Assembly (NCBI GenBank): GCA_965215365.1 | Contig: CBDCDS010000003.1 | Location: forward strand, 2,368,001 to 2,432,000 | DNA from: Gammaproteobacteria bacterium | Lineage (GTDB): Bacteria; Pseudomonadota; Gammaproteobacteria; Eutrophobiales; Eutrophobiaceae | Direction: 5' to 3' | DNA: 64,000 nt | Shown here: piece after piece, positions 24,759-33,613 of the stretch | Position numbering within the stretch: position 1 is the first letter of the stretch | Layout of the letters: each line of letters opens with the position of its first letter | Program-made: the position numbers and the translations under genes | The notes under the pieces: generated by a model | Told to the model about the DNA's origin: nothing | Database searches by the model: none | Seen by the model: only the letters and a program-made list of their open reading frames with translations

Positions 24759-26387
24759 ATGACTCTGATGACCGGCGCTGAGGCGCTTATCAATTCGCTG
24801 CGCCAGTACGGCGTCGATACCCTGTTCGGCTTGCCGGGAGCGCAGACCTATCACCTGTTTGACGCGGTTTACAACGCCGGCGACAGCCTTCGCATCTTCA
24901 ATGCCCGCCATGAGCAGGGCGTAGCCTACATGGCCTATGGTTATGCCCGCGCCACCGGCAAGGTGGGGGTTTATAGCGTTGTTCCCGGCCCTGGTGTGTT
25001 GAACACCGCCGCGGCCCTGTCCACCGCGTATGCCGGCAATGAACGGGTGCTGTGTCTGGCCGGGCAGATCCCGTCGGCATGGATCGGCAAAGGGGTTGGT
25101 TTTCTGCACGAAATACCGGATCAGCCGGGCATCCTGCAACGCCTGACCAAGTGGTCGGCGTGCGCAGCAACGCCAGCTGCGACCCCGCGCCTGGTCGAAC
25201 AGGCGTTCCGGGAGATGCACTGTGGCCGCCCGCGCCCGGTCGCCCTGGAGATGGCGCCGGACGTGATGGGCGAGAAGCAACAGGTGGCGCTACTGCCGCC
25301 GGCGCCGCCCCCGCAGCCGCAGCCGGCCGACCCGGAGCTGATTGAAGCCGCGGCGCGTCTGCTCGGCAAGGCCAGGAACCCGCTCATCGTCATCGGCCAT
25401 GGTTGCGTGGAAGCCGGTGCCGAGCTGCTGCAGGTGGCGGAACTGCTGCAAGCTCCGAGCACGACCCTGTGGAATGGCAAGGGCATCATCGACGACCGGC
25501 ATTACCTGAGCCTGCCCTACAGCGCCGGCCATCAGCTCTGGGGCACGGCAGATGTGGTGCTGGCAGTCGGCACCCGGCTGGACAACCCGCAACTGCAATG
25601 GGGCCTGGACGCTGACCTGAAGATCGTCCGCATCGACATCGACCCGGCACAGCTGGCAAATATCGCCACACCGGCGGTCGGTATCGTCGCCGACGCCAAA
25701 ACTGCCCTGACAGACCTGACCGCCGCCCTGGTGCGCCACAATATCGCCCGTCAATCACGTGTGCAGGAATTGACCGAACTGAAGACAGCCACATTTGCCC
25801 AATATGAGCGGCAGGTCGGTCCGCAGCTGCGTATCCTGAAGGTTATCCGGGAAGAACTGCCCGAAGATGGCTTTTTAGTGGATGAGGTCACCCAGGTGGG
25901 CTATGTCTCATGGTATGCGTTTCCCGTGTACCGCCCCCGGCATTTTATCAGCAGCAGCTACCAGGGCAACCTGGGCTACGGTTACACCACCGCCCTGGGC
26001 GCGCAGGTTGCGCATCCCGATAAAAAAGTCGTGGCACTGGGCGGCGACGGCGGCTTCATGTATCAGGCTACGGAACTGGCGACCGCAGTGAAATACCGCC
26101 TGAACCTGGTGAACATCGTCTTTAATAACAACGCCTACGGCAATGTGCAACGCGACCAGCAGGAGAAGTTCGGCGGTAACGTCATCGGCGCCGACCTCAC
26201 CAACCCGGATTTCGTGCGCTTCGCCGAGAGCTTCGGCGCGCCGGGTTTCCGCGCAGAAACCCCGGCACAACTGCGTCAGGCCCTCAAAGCCGCCTTCAAG
26301 GAACCCGGCCCGGCGCTGATTGAAATGCCCGGCGCCAACATGCCCAGCCCCTGGCCCTATATCCTGCTGCCCCGGGTGCGGGGCTGA
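24759..26387 (+). CDS. Thiamine diphosphate-dependent enzyme (acetolactate synthase-like superfamily)
   Basis: Start placed at ATG 24759 (MTLMTGAEA); FGLPG, RHEQG, GDGGF...NNNAYG ThDP motif. Confidence 0.9.
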   Translation: MTLMTGAEALINSLRQYGVDTLFGLPGAQTYHLFDAVYNAGDSLRIFNARHEQGVAYMAYGYARATGKVGVYSVVPGPGVLNTAAALSTAYAGNERVLCLAGQIPSAWIGKGVGFLHEIPDQPGILQRLTKWSACAATPAATPRLVEQAFREMHCGRPRPVALEMAPDVMGEKQQVALLPPAPPPQPQPADPELIEAAARLLGKARNPLIVIGHGCVEAGAELLQVAELLQAPSTTLWNGKGIIDDRHYLSLPYSAGHQLWGTADVVLAVGTRLDNPQLQWGLDADLKIVRIDIDPAQLANIATPAVGIVADAKTALTDLTAALVRHNIARQSRVQELTELKTATFAQYERQVGPQLRILKVIREELPEDGFLVDEVTQVGYVSWYAFPVYRPRHFISSSYQGNLGYGYTTALGAQVAHPDKKVVALGGDGGFMYQATELATAVKYRLNLVNIVFNNNAYGNVQRDQQEKFGGNVIGADLTNPDFVRFAESFGAPGFRAETPAQLRQALKAAFKEPGPALIEMPGANMPSPWPYILLPRVRG

Positions 26388-26397
26388 AAACGGGGGG

Positions 26398-26426
26398 TTG
26401 CATTATTCCATACGCCGGGCTATACT
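26398..26426 (+). promoter_or_regulatory. sigma70-type promoter for orphan two-gene operon
   Basis: TTGCAT-17-TATACT, followed by AAGGAG SD before ATG 26457. Confidence 0.65.
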
Positions 26427-26456
26427 CCGGCAGTATCATAACCAAGGAGAGCCCCC

Positions 26457-26660
26457 ATGCTAGGAGTTGTGAAGAAATACCTTGAGAAAGACAAATACCG
26501 GCGTGCAGATGAGATGCTGGAGAGGGCTGCAACAGCTTTTTTCAACAATCCGGAAGTTCAGGAAATCCTGAGAACAAACCCCGAGTCAGAGAAAATTCTC
26601 AACGACGCTCTTAAAGACCAAATACAGACAAGGAAGAAATGGATGAGCAAAAATACCTGA
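26457..26660 (+). CDS. Hypothetical protein (67 aa, charged)
   Basis: Own promoter and SD; low GC. Confidence 0.6.
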   Translation: MLGVVKKYLEKDKYRRADEMLERAATAFFNNPEVQEILRTNPESEKILNDALKDQIQTRKKWMSKNT

Positions 26661-26959
26661 GATTCGGAAACGCGATAAAAGCCGCATTTCACATCAACAA
26701 CGAAAACAAGCGTAATATTGTTATTGACTGCTTGATCAGGAATCTCCAGGAGCACACAGAAACCAACGCCGAACTCGGAGTACGGTTATTGGGTCATTGC
26801 ATTTCGATTCTGGTTGCCGCAGCATTCAGTATCTTGCTGATTTGGTTGCTTTATGATGCGTACAAAGCTGAGTATTTTGATTTCTTCAAAATGCTGCTAA
26901 GTTCAAGCCTTGTTGGTATCGTAGTAGGTGGTGTTGCGACTTATTTCATCAAGAAATAA
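26639..26959 (+). CDS. Hypothetical membrane protein (106 aa, two C-terminal TM helices)
   Basis: Overlaps the previous ORF; hydrophobic ISILVAAAFSILLIWLLY and LLSSSLVGIVVGGVATYF. Confidence 0.65.
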   Translation: MDEQKYLRFGNAIKAAFHINNENKRNIVIDCLIRNLQEHTETNAELGVRLLGHCISILVAAAFSILLIWLLYDAYKAEYFDFFKMLLSSSLVGIVVGGVATYFIKK

Positions 26960-26961
26960 GG

Positions 26962-27810
26962 TCAGATTATCAACTGGAATTCGCATTTGTATTGCAATGG
27001 AATCAGGTGCATTTTTTCAAGCTGCTCAACTGAAAGATAAAAAATACCCCCGCTTCTGGAATTTGGATTGAACTCGAATATACGATCAATCCGATAATTC
27101 TCTCTATTTTCACGCGCACATTTCATCTCGTTGGCAGTAATGAAGAATCCACTATCTTTCTCGCGCAATGTTGTTTTAACCTCGATGAGTATTTCTGCAC
27201 CATTAGGTTCATAAGATAATACATCGTACCCTGCTCCGTCTCCCCAATCTTTGGAAACATGTATAATTTTCTCGGCCAGTGCATGCTTATTCGCTTCGCG
27301 CAGCTTCTTTTTCTCAAATTCAACGACCGTTTCCTCCCCTGCCATACCAATCTCCCTAGCTCGGTTACTTGTTAGATTGACCCAATAATTTCCATGCGAA
27401 GCATTGCTCACAACATCATATTGTTCCTCAGCGAAATCAGGTGGTTCTACCAAGATTAGTTCGCCATTATCAGATTTTGATTCCCCCAAAATAAACAAAC
27501 TTTCCTGATCAAACATGAAACCTTTCGCGTATGCGCATATGGGACATTTATGTCTTTGGATACCACCCTGATTCTCGTGGATTCTGTTGATTGCTGACAA
27601 TCGCGCAGCCTTACCATGTTCACACCTGTAAATATCAGAGGCGGCAGGCCACCAGCCCGATTGTGCGTCTTCAAGCCCCTGTTGGAACGCACAATGACAA
27701 CATTTGTGGCGTCCCGGCCCCGCCTGAGACTCTGGTAATCCTAACAGTTCTTGCTCTGGTGCCGTTTTTCCTATTTCACATTGTGGTAGTGCATCCGGGT
27801 TCCGCATCAT
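26962..27810 (-). CDS. DUF3883 (NOV-C-like) PD-(D/E)xK nuclease with two N-terminal Cys/His repeats
   Basis: IGMAGE, GDGAGYDVLS...IEVKTT...FFITANE C-terminal signature. Confidence 0.8.
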   Translation of the reverse strand: MMRNPDALPQCEIGKTAPEQELLGLPESQAGPGRHKCCHCAFQQGLEDAQSGWWPAASDIYRCEHGKAARLSAINRIHENQGGIQRHKCPICAYAKGFMFDQESLFILGESKSDNGELILVEPPDFAEEQYDVVSNASHGNYWVNLTSNRAREIGMAGEETVVEFEKKKLREANKHALAEKIIHVSKDWGDGAGYDVLSYEPNGAEILIEVKTTLREKDSGFFITANEMKCARENRENYRIDRIFEFNPNSRSGGIFYLSVEQLEKMHLIPLQYKCEFQLII

Positions 27811-27869
27811 CGTTGTCTACTCTTTAGGCGTGTCGCTATATTAGCAGTAAAAAAGCCACGACTTAAAAG

Positions 27870-28727
27870 TCATGTTGTCATTGTGAAGTTAGTAATCAAA
27901 GCTTCACTGATTTGCCCACGTTTGTTTCCTTTACTATTTACGGAACGCTTTGCAAAAACTGTGGTTATACAAAAATCGCCATATAAAGATTGGATAAAGC
28001 CTGTCATGGAATTAGATAAAATCAGCTTGACTCCGCGTTTGTCCAAGGCTTTGAAAATATTCGCTAATTTGATCTGTGAATCTTCATTAAAGCCATATCT
28101 GGAATATGACGTAAAACTTGCAGTTTTTGATATCGGGTAATAGGGCGGATCGAAGTAGATTAAATCGCCCTCCATCGCATGTTGTTCGACGGTAGTAAAT
28201 GGACAAGCACTGATTTTTGCCTGCGACAAGCAAGCGGAAACGGCAAAGAGATTTTCTTCATCACAAATTTTCGGATTCTCGTAGCTACCCAGAGGGGCGT
28301 TAAACACTCCCTTGCTGTTTTCCCTATGCAGCCCATTATAGCAAGTCTTGTTCAGATATATAATCCTGGCAGCTCGCGTGGCGGGAGTTCGAGGAACCCT
28401 TGAACGTATTTCATAGTAATATTTTCTACAGTGCTTTGCTCTATGAACTTTCAGATGTTTTATCACCCTATCAACATCATCTCTTACACCCAGGTAGGTA
28501 TGGATAATGCTTTCACTGATATCGGAAAGGCAGGAAGCTTTTTTTAATCGTTGTTGTCGTGCTAATTCGAAGAACAGCGCGCCTCCCCCTAGAAACGGTT
28601 CGTGATAGCGACTAAAAGATCCTGCACATTCAACTGCTCGTAGCAATTCGGGCAGCAATTGTCTTTTTCCTCCAACCCATTTGAGAAAAGGCCTGGGAAG
28701 TGGATTCGTCAAGGTACCATCACTCAT
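27870..28727 (-). CDS. DNA adenine methyltransferase (Dam/D12 class)
   Basis: Start placed at ATG 28727; PFLKWVGGKRQL, EPFLGGGA, YFDPPY. Confidence 0.93.
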   Translation of the reverse strand: MSDGTLTNPLPRPFLKWVGGKRQLLPELLRAVECAGSFSRYHEPFLGGGALFFELARQQRLKKASCLSDISESIIHTYLGVRDDVDRVIKHLKVHRAKHCRKYYYEIRSRVPRTPATRAARIIYLNKTCYNGLHRENSKGVFNAPLGSYENPKICDEENLFAVSACLSQAKISACPFTTVEQHAMEGDLIYFDPPYYPISKTASFTSYSRYGFNEDSQIKLANIFKALDKRGVKLILSNSMTGFIQSLYGDFCITTVFAKRSVNSKGNKRGQISEALITNFTMTT

Positions 28728-28815
28728 GGCTGAAAATCTTACTTGATATGAGATTTGTTCTATTTTTCTGACGCCTTCTGTTCCAGCCAGACACAGATAC
28801 GCCCCCGGCAACCAA

Positions 28816-29112
28816 TTATTCCCCCTGCTCCCGCGCGGCGTAGGCGTCGAGCTGCGCTTTGGACGCTTCCTGCTGGTGTTGGTCTTTCCATTCGTGATAG
28901 GGCATCCCATAGACAATTTCCCGGGCCTGTTCGTAGTCCAGTTCCTCGCCGCGTTCTGCTGCCGCAGCGCGGTACCACTTGGATAAGCAGTTCCGGCAAA
29001 AACCGGCCAGATTCATCAGGTCTATGTTCTGCACCTCGGTATGTTCACGCAGGTATTGCGCCAGGTGGCGAAACGTGGCCGCCTCAATGGCTTGTCGAGT
29101 AGCGTCATTCAT
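28816..29112 (-). CDS. DUF1244-family protein
   Basis: VQNIDLMNLAGFCRNCLSKWY...AREIVYGMPY. Confidence 0.88.
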   Translation of the reverse strand: MNDATRQAIEAATFRHLAQYLREHTEVQNIDLMNLAGFCRNCLSKWYRAAAAERGEELDYEQAREIVYGMPYHEWKDQHQQEASKAQLDAYAAREQGE

Positions 29113-29204
29113 ATCTCTCTCCGGTCAGTTGTTGTGAGTGGCAGGGACGACATATGCCGCGCGCGGCGCCTCCATGGGCACTCCGAAAATGCCCCCTACC
29201 CCAA

Positions 29205-30632
29205 TCATTCGAGGTTATATTTCTGTATCCGGTAGCGCAGGGCCATGCGGCTGATGCCCAGTTCCCGCGCCGCTTTGGAAACGTTGCCCCGGCATTTTTC
29301 CAGGGCGTTTTTGATCAGCATCAGTTCCGCATCGCCCAGTGTCAAGTCCGTATCAGTAGTGGGGGACAGGTTCAGACCCGCCTCCGTATCGGGCTGCGCC
29401 GGCGCACTCAGGGCCAGATTCTCGGGCGATAACTCGCCGCCACCGGACAGTAACACCGCGCGTTCGATCATGTGTTTCAACTCGCGCACATTGCCGGGCC
29501 AGTGATACGACCTGAGCGCCTGCGCCGCCGCCGCCGACAGGCTGAGGGCGGGTATCCCGTAACGGCGGGCGTTCTGCTGCATGAAATGCTGCGCCAGCAA
29601 TAGCACGTCAGCGCCGCGTTCCCGTAATGGCGCCAGGGTGATGGACAGCACATTCAGGCGGTAGTACAGGTCGGAACGGAACTCACCGCGCCGCGCCAGT
29701 TCCTCAATATCGCGGTTAGTGGCTGCGATAATCCAGGCCGCCACCGGCCGCTCCCTGGTGGTGCCCACCTTGCGTAGCGTCCGGCGCTCCAGCACGGCCA
29801 GCAACTTTGCCTGCAAGTCCATGGGCAACTCGCCGATCTCATCCATGAACAGCACCCCGTCCTCCGCCGCTTCGATCAAACCGGTCCGGGCCGTGTGGGC
29901 GCTGGTAAAGGCGCCTTTTTCATGGCCGAACAGTTCGGCCTCAATCAGATCCTTGGGCAGGCTGGCGCAATCCACATGCACAAACGGTCGTTCCCTGCGG
30001 GCGCTGTTGGCGTGCAGCCGCCGCGCCACCACATCCTTGCCGGTGCCAGTCTCGCCAAGGATCAGGATGGTAGGCGGCGCACTGGCGGCTGTCACCTGTT
30101 GCAGGCGTTCGAGCTGCTGGCGCAGCGCGGTCATCACCGGACTTTCACCGAGCAGGTCCACGCCCTCATGGGCATGTTGTTCGCGCTTGCTGGAGTAGGT
30201 CAGCTTTTGCGAGAGCTCATTTTGTTCCAGCGCCCGCTCCACGACGAGCAGCAACTCATCGAGGTCAATCGGCTTTTTCAGATAATCGGACGCGCCCGAT
30301 TTCATGGCCGACACCGCGTCCTCAATTTCTCCATAGGCGGACATCACCAGCACCGGAAAGGCGTTGGCGGCGTCATCCTGCAGGCCGGCGAGAAAATCCA
30401 GCCCGGAACCATCGGGCAGACGCATGTCCAGTAACAGCAGATCCGGCGTCGCTTCCTTGAGTTTTGCCGCGCCGGCGGCCAGCGTCCCGGCAATATCGGC
30501 CTGATACCCCGCCCGCGTCAGGCGCTTGTGCACCGCTCCGGCAAACACCGCCTCGTCCTCTATGATCAGGATCTGCTGCTGCAGGCGTGGCACCTCGGTT
30601 TCAGTAACGAACGGACTGCTGTGCATAGCCAT
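29205..30632 (-). CDS. Sigma54-dependent response regulator (NtrC family)
   Basis: REC (LLLDMRLPD), GETGTGK, ELFGHEKGAFTSA, WPGNVREL, Fis-type HTH. Start 30632 or 30626. Confidence 0.93.
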   Translation of the reverse strand: MAMHSSPFVTETEVPRLQQQILIIEDEAVFAGAVHKRLTRAGYQADIAGTLAAGAAKLKEATPDLLLLDMRLPDGSGLDFLAGLQDDAANAFPVLVMSAYGEIEDAVSAMKSGASDYLKKPIDLDELLLVVERALEQNELSQKLTYSSKREQHAHEGVDLLGESPVMTALRQQLERLQQVTAASAPPTILILGETGTGKDVVARRLHANSARRERPFVHVDCASLPKDLIEAELFGHEKGAFTSAHTARTGLIEAAEDGVLFMDEIGELPMDLQAKLLAVLERRTLRKVGTTRERPVAAWIIAATNRDIEELARRGEFRSDLYYRLNVLSITLAPLRERGADVLLLAQHFMQQNARRYGIPALSLSAAAAQALRSYHWPGNVRELKHMIERAVLLSGGGELSPENLALSAPAQPDTEAGLNLSPTTDTDLTLGDAELMLIKNALEKCRGNVSKAARELGISRMALRYRIQKYNLE

Positions 30633-30681
30633 AGTGCCAATCAGGATGGTCGGCAACCCTGAACATACTGAAACACATTTA

Positions 30682-30921
30682 TCAAGGATCAACCGGTGTC
30701 AGGGTCGGATCTGTGTGGGGTGGTATATCCAGCTTGGTTTCTACTCGGGCCAGACATTCGCGGATATCTGTGACATCTCTGGAAAGAGTGTCAATTTTAG
30801 CGACCAGCTTGTCATGGTCAGCTTCCAGGCGCGCCAAACGCTCGGTCAGACTGGTTTTCAGCCACAGTACCGTACCGATGATGGTGCCGAGTAAAGTAAA
30901 AAATTGCATGGTGTCATTCAT
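30682..30921 (-). CDS. Small N-terminally anchored coiled-coil protein (type A-like)
   Basis: MNDTMQFFTLLGTIIGTVLWL then heptads ending ARVETKLD; GGGAGA SD. Confidence 0.7.
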   Translation of the reverse strand: MNDTMQFFTLLGTIIGTVLWLKTSLTERLARLEADHDKLVAKIDTLSRDVTDIRECLARVETKLDIPPHTDPTLTPVDP

Positions 30922-31033
30922 TGAAATCTCCCAGGTTAGTCCCATTCAGTAACGAAAATTTGCCAAGCGTCTTGCTCGTTGCAGACCGGACGAAGTCCAT
31001 CGACATCGGACTGATTTGAACAAGCCCACCGGC

Positions 31034-31062
31034 AGTATAGTTGCGTACCGGCAACTATTCAA
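31034..31062 (-). promoter_or_regulatory. sigma70-type promoter upstream of the 30921 minigene
   Basis: TTGAAT-17-TATACT; overlapped by an 8-bp inverted repeat atagttgc/gcaactat. Confidence 0.55.
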
Positions 31063-31068
31063 GCGCTA

Positions 31069-32200
31069 TGTCCAGGTTCAATACATATGAGACTCAGAGG
31101 CAGGCTGTGTGAGTTGTTGATAATACTCCATTGGGGTTAATAAACCAATACCGTCATGCGGGCGGTAGGTATTGTAGTATTGCTGATACTCTGCCAGTTT
31201 GCGGTTGATGGCGGCCACGGTCAGTGGGCCCTCGTAGAACGGATAGAACTCATAGCGGCTGGTGGCATTGGCGCGTTCTACACAGCCGTTGTATTCGGGT
31301 TTTTTCGGGGGCAGCACGTACAGGGGGATTCCTAAGTCCTGGCAAGCCTGCTCGAACTCATCTCGGAACTCCGAGCCGCCATCGACCTGGATAGAACGGA
31401 TGGGAAACGGCGCCTCACCGAGCAGCGCTTTTAAGAAGCGCCGGGCATTGCCACTGGTGGCCCGACTGTAGGCTCGCAGCGCACTCCATTTGCTCACCGG
31501 ACAGACGGCCTTGAACTCCTTCACCGTGACGCCGTCCGTGAAGCCGACACTCATGTGGTCTATCTGCATCAACTCCCCTGGCGCCTTAGCCTTCATCCCG
31601 TAGCGCCAGCGCTTGGCATGATGGGTAAACGCCCGGCGGCGCTTAGGCTTCACCCGGCCATAGTAAAACGCCACCGGCTTGACCCGACCTAGCCGCACCA
31701 GCTTCGCCACGATGCGCCCGACCGTACTCTCGCTCAAAGTCCAGCCCTGCTCGCGCACCCCCACCCGCCAGAGCTTACGCTTGCCCCATAACGGATAACG
31801 TTGGCGAAGGTGCAAGACCTGCTGCTCGTGCTGGCGCGTCCATTGCGGCACACGCCGCCGCCGCGGCGCACGAGAGCCACACCCCAGACCCTTCAGCCCA
31901 TGTTCACGATACCGCTTCAACCAACGGTAGTAGGTCGCCCTCGACCAACCTACTGCTGCCAGTGCCGTCGCCTCACCACACCCATCCTCGCGTAACGTCG
32001 CAACTAATTCCAACTGCTTCAAACGACCGAGCGCGTCAGCATCGGTAGTATCATCGACGCGCCAACTGCGATATGATTTCACCCGCAGGCTTTTGATCTG
32101 CATCGGGTAGTCCTCCTGTGTAAGTTAATCGAAATCACTTTACACACAGACTACCCGATTTCTTTATCTAAAGAGTCTCACTTGTTTCTGAACCCGGACA
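31069..32200 (-). mobile_element. IS481-like insertion sequence, 1132 bp
   Basis: TGT...ACA termini with ~27-bp imperfect IRs; 6-bp target duplication GCGCTA at 31063-31068 and 32201-32206. Confidence 0.9.
31078..32103 (-). CDS. DDE (rve/integrase core) transposase
   Basis: N-terminal HTH; QIDH, QVDGGSEF, NGCVER catalytic motifs; YNTYRPH. Confidence 0.93.
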   Translation of the reverse strand: MQIKSLRVKSYRSWRVDDTTDADALGRLKQLELVATLREDGCGEATALAAVGWSRATYYRWLKRYREHGLKGLGCGSRAPRRRRVPQWTRQHEQQVLHLRQRYPLWGKRKLWRVGVREQGWTLSESTVGRIVAKLVRLGRVKPVAFYYGRVKPKRRRAFTHHAKRWRYGMKAKAPGELMQIDHMSVGFTDGVTVKEFKAVCPVSKWSALRAYSRATSGNARRFLKALLGEAPFPIRSIQVDGGSEFRDEFEQACQDLGIPLYVLPPKKPEYNGCVERANATSRYEFYPFYEGPLTVAAINRKLAEYQQYYNTYRPHDGIGLLTPMEYYQQLTQPASESHMY

Positions 32201-32204
32201 GCGC

Positions 32205-33590
32205 TAGAATTTTCCAATATGAAATGAGCCTGAAGGGCGGGTGTGATTCCAACATGAAATGAGCCTGAACGAGCCGGTATTCCCGTTCATGATACGAGGA
32301 TGAAAACGATCATGAATGCGAATGACTTAACGCGTATTGAGCAGGTGCGCGATTTTCTGGCCGGGACCCAGCGGGTGATGTTTGAGGTTGCCAGCGACAA
32401 GCAGAGTCGGTATGACTGGATACGGCGCACCCTGGTGACGTTTGATTACCTGGGCTGCAGCAAGGCGGACAAAGGGGCGCTCACGGCGTACCTGATGAAG
32501 GTGAGCGGGTATTCCCGGGCACAGGTCAAGCGGCTGATTGGGCGCTACCGGGAGACCGGTACGTTAGCGGTGCGCCAGTGTACGGCGCGGGGCTTTGTCC
32601 GACGCTACACGAAGGCCGATATCCGCCTGCTAGCGGCCATGGACGAGCGCCACAATACCCCGAATGGGTTGACCCTAAAGAAGCTCTGTGAGTGAGCCTA
32701 TCAGGTGTTCGGCCAGGTCGAGTATGAACGCTTGGCCGGGATCTCGGTCTCGCACCTGTACAACTTACGGCGCTCGAAGACCTACCAACGTCAGCGCCAC
32801 ACGATAGACAAGACCCGCCCGGTGGTGCGTGAGATCGGTGTACGGCGCAAACCGCAGCCGGACGGGCGCTGCGGTTATATCCGCATCGATACCGTGCATC
32901 AGGGCGATTTAGACGGTGAAAAAGGGGTCTATCACATCAATGCGGTCGATGAGGTGACCCAGTTTGAAGTGGTCGTCAGCGTCGAGCGCATCACCGAGGT
33001 CTACCTCATCCCGGCACTTGAATACCTGCTTGATGCGTTCCCCTTTGTCCTCCTGGGCTTCCATGCCGACAACGGCTCGGAGTACATCAATAAACAGGTG
33101 GCCCAACTGTTAGAGAAGCTGCATATCGAACTGACCAAGTCCCGCCCCCGGCACAGCAACGACAACGCCCTGGTGGAATGCAAAAACGGACACGTGGTGC
33201 GCAAGCTCTTAGGCCACGCCCACATCCCGCGCCGCTGGGCCGGCCCGTTGAACGACTTCCACCGCCAGCACCTCAACCCCTATGTCAACTACCACCGACC
33301 CTGCCTGTTTCCACAAACCATCACCGACAACAAAGGGAAACAACGCAAGCGTTACCCCTACAAGAACCTCATGACCCCCTATGAAAAACTTAAATCCTTG
33401 GATGATGCCCAGACCTGTTTGAAACCGGACTTAAGCTTTGAGATACTGGATAAGGTCGCTTACCGAGTCAGCGACAACGCGGCCGCGGACGCCCTACAAC
33501 AGGCGCGCCGGGCCCTCTTTACCACCATCCATGAACAGGAATACAAACGGGCTTGAGATCGGGGCAGACTCTCTCTACTTCAGGCTCATT
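32205..33590 (+). mobile_element. Second IS-like element (DDE integrase type, family not assigned), right end degenerate
   Basis: Left end has two 23-bp direct repeats ttccaaYatgaaatgagcctgaa (32212, 32247); inverted 13-mer cttcaggctcatt at 33578-33590. Confidence 0.65.
32300..33556 (+). pseudogene. DDE integrase/transposase interrupted by an in-frame TGA
   Basis: ORFs 32300..32695 and 32705..33556 share a frame; stop at 32693-32695; RIDTVHQG, HADNGSEY, NDNALVE motifs. Confidence 0.85.
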
Positions 33591-33613
33591 GTCTGGCGCA
33601 ATGTCAATATCGC

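Noticed and set aside
32693-32695. In-frame TGA as selenocysteine or programmed readthrough
   Set aside because: Lies in a transposase; a simple nonsense change (e.g. CGA to TGA) is more parsimonious and no SECIS is evident.
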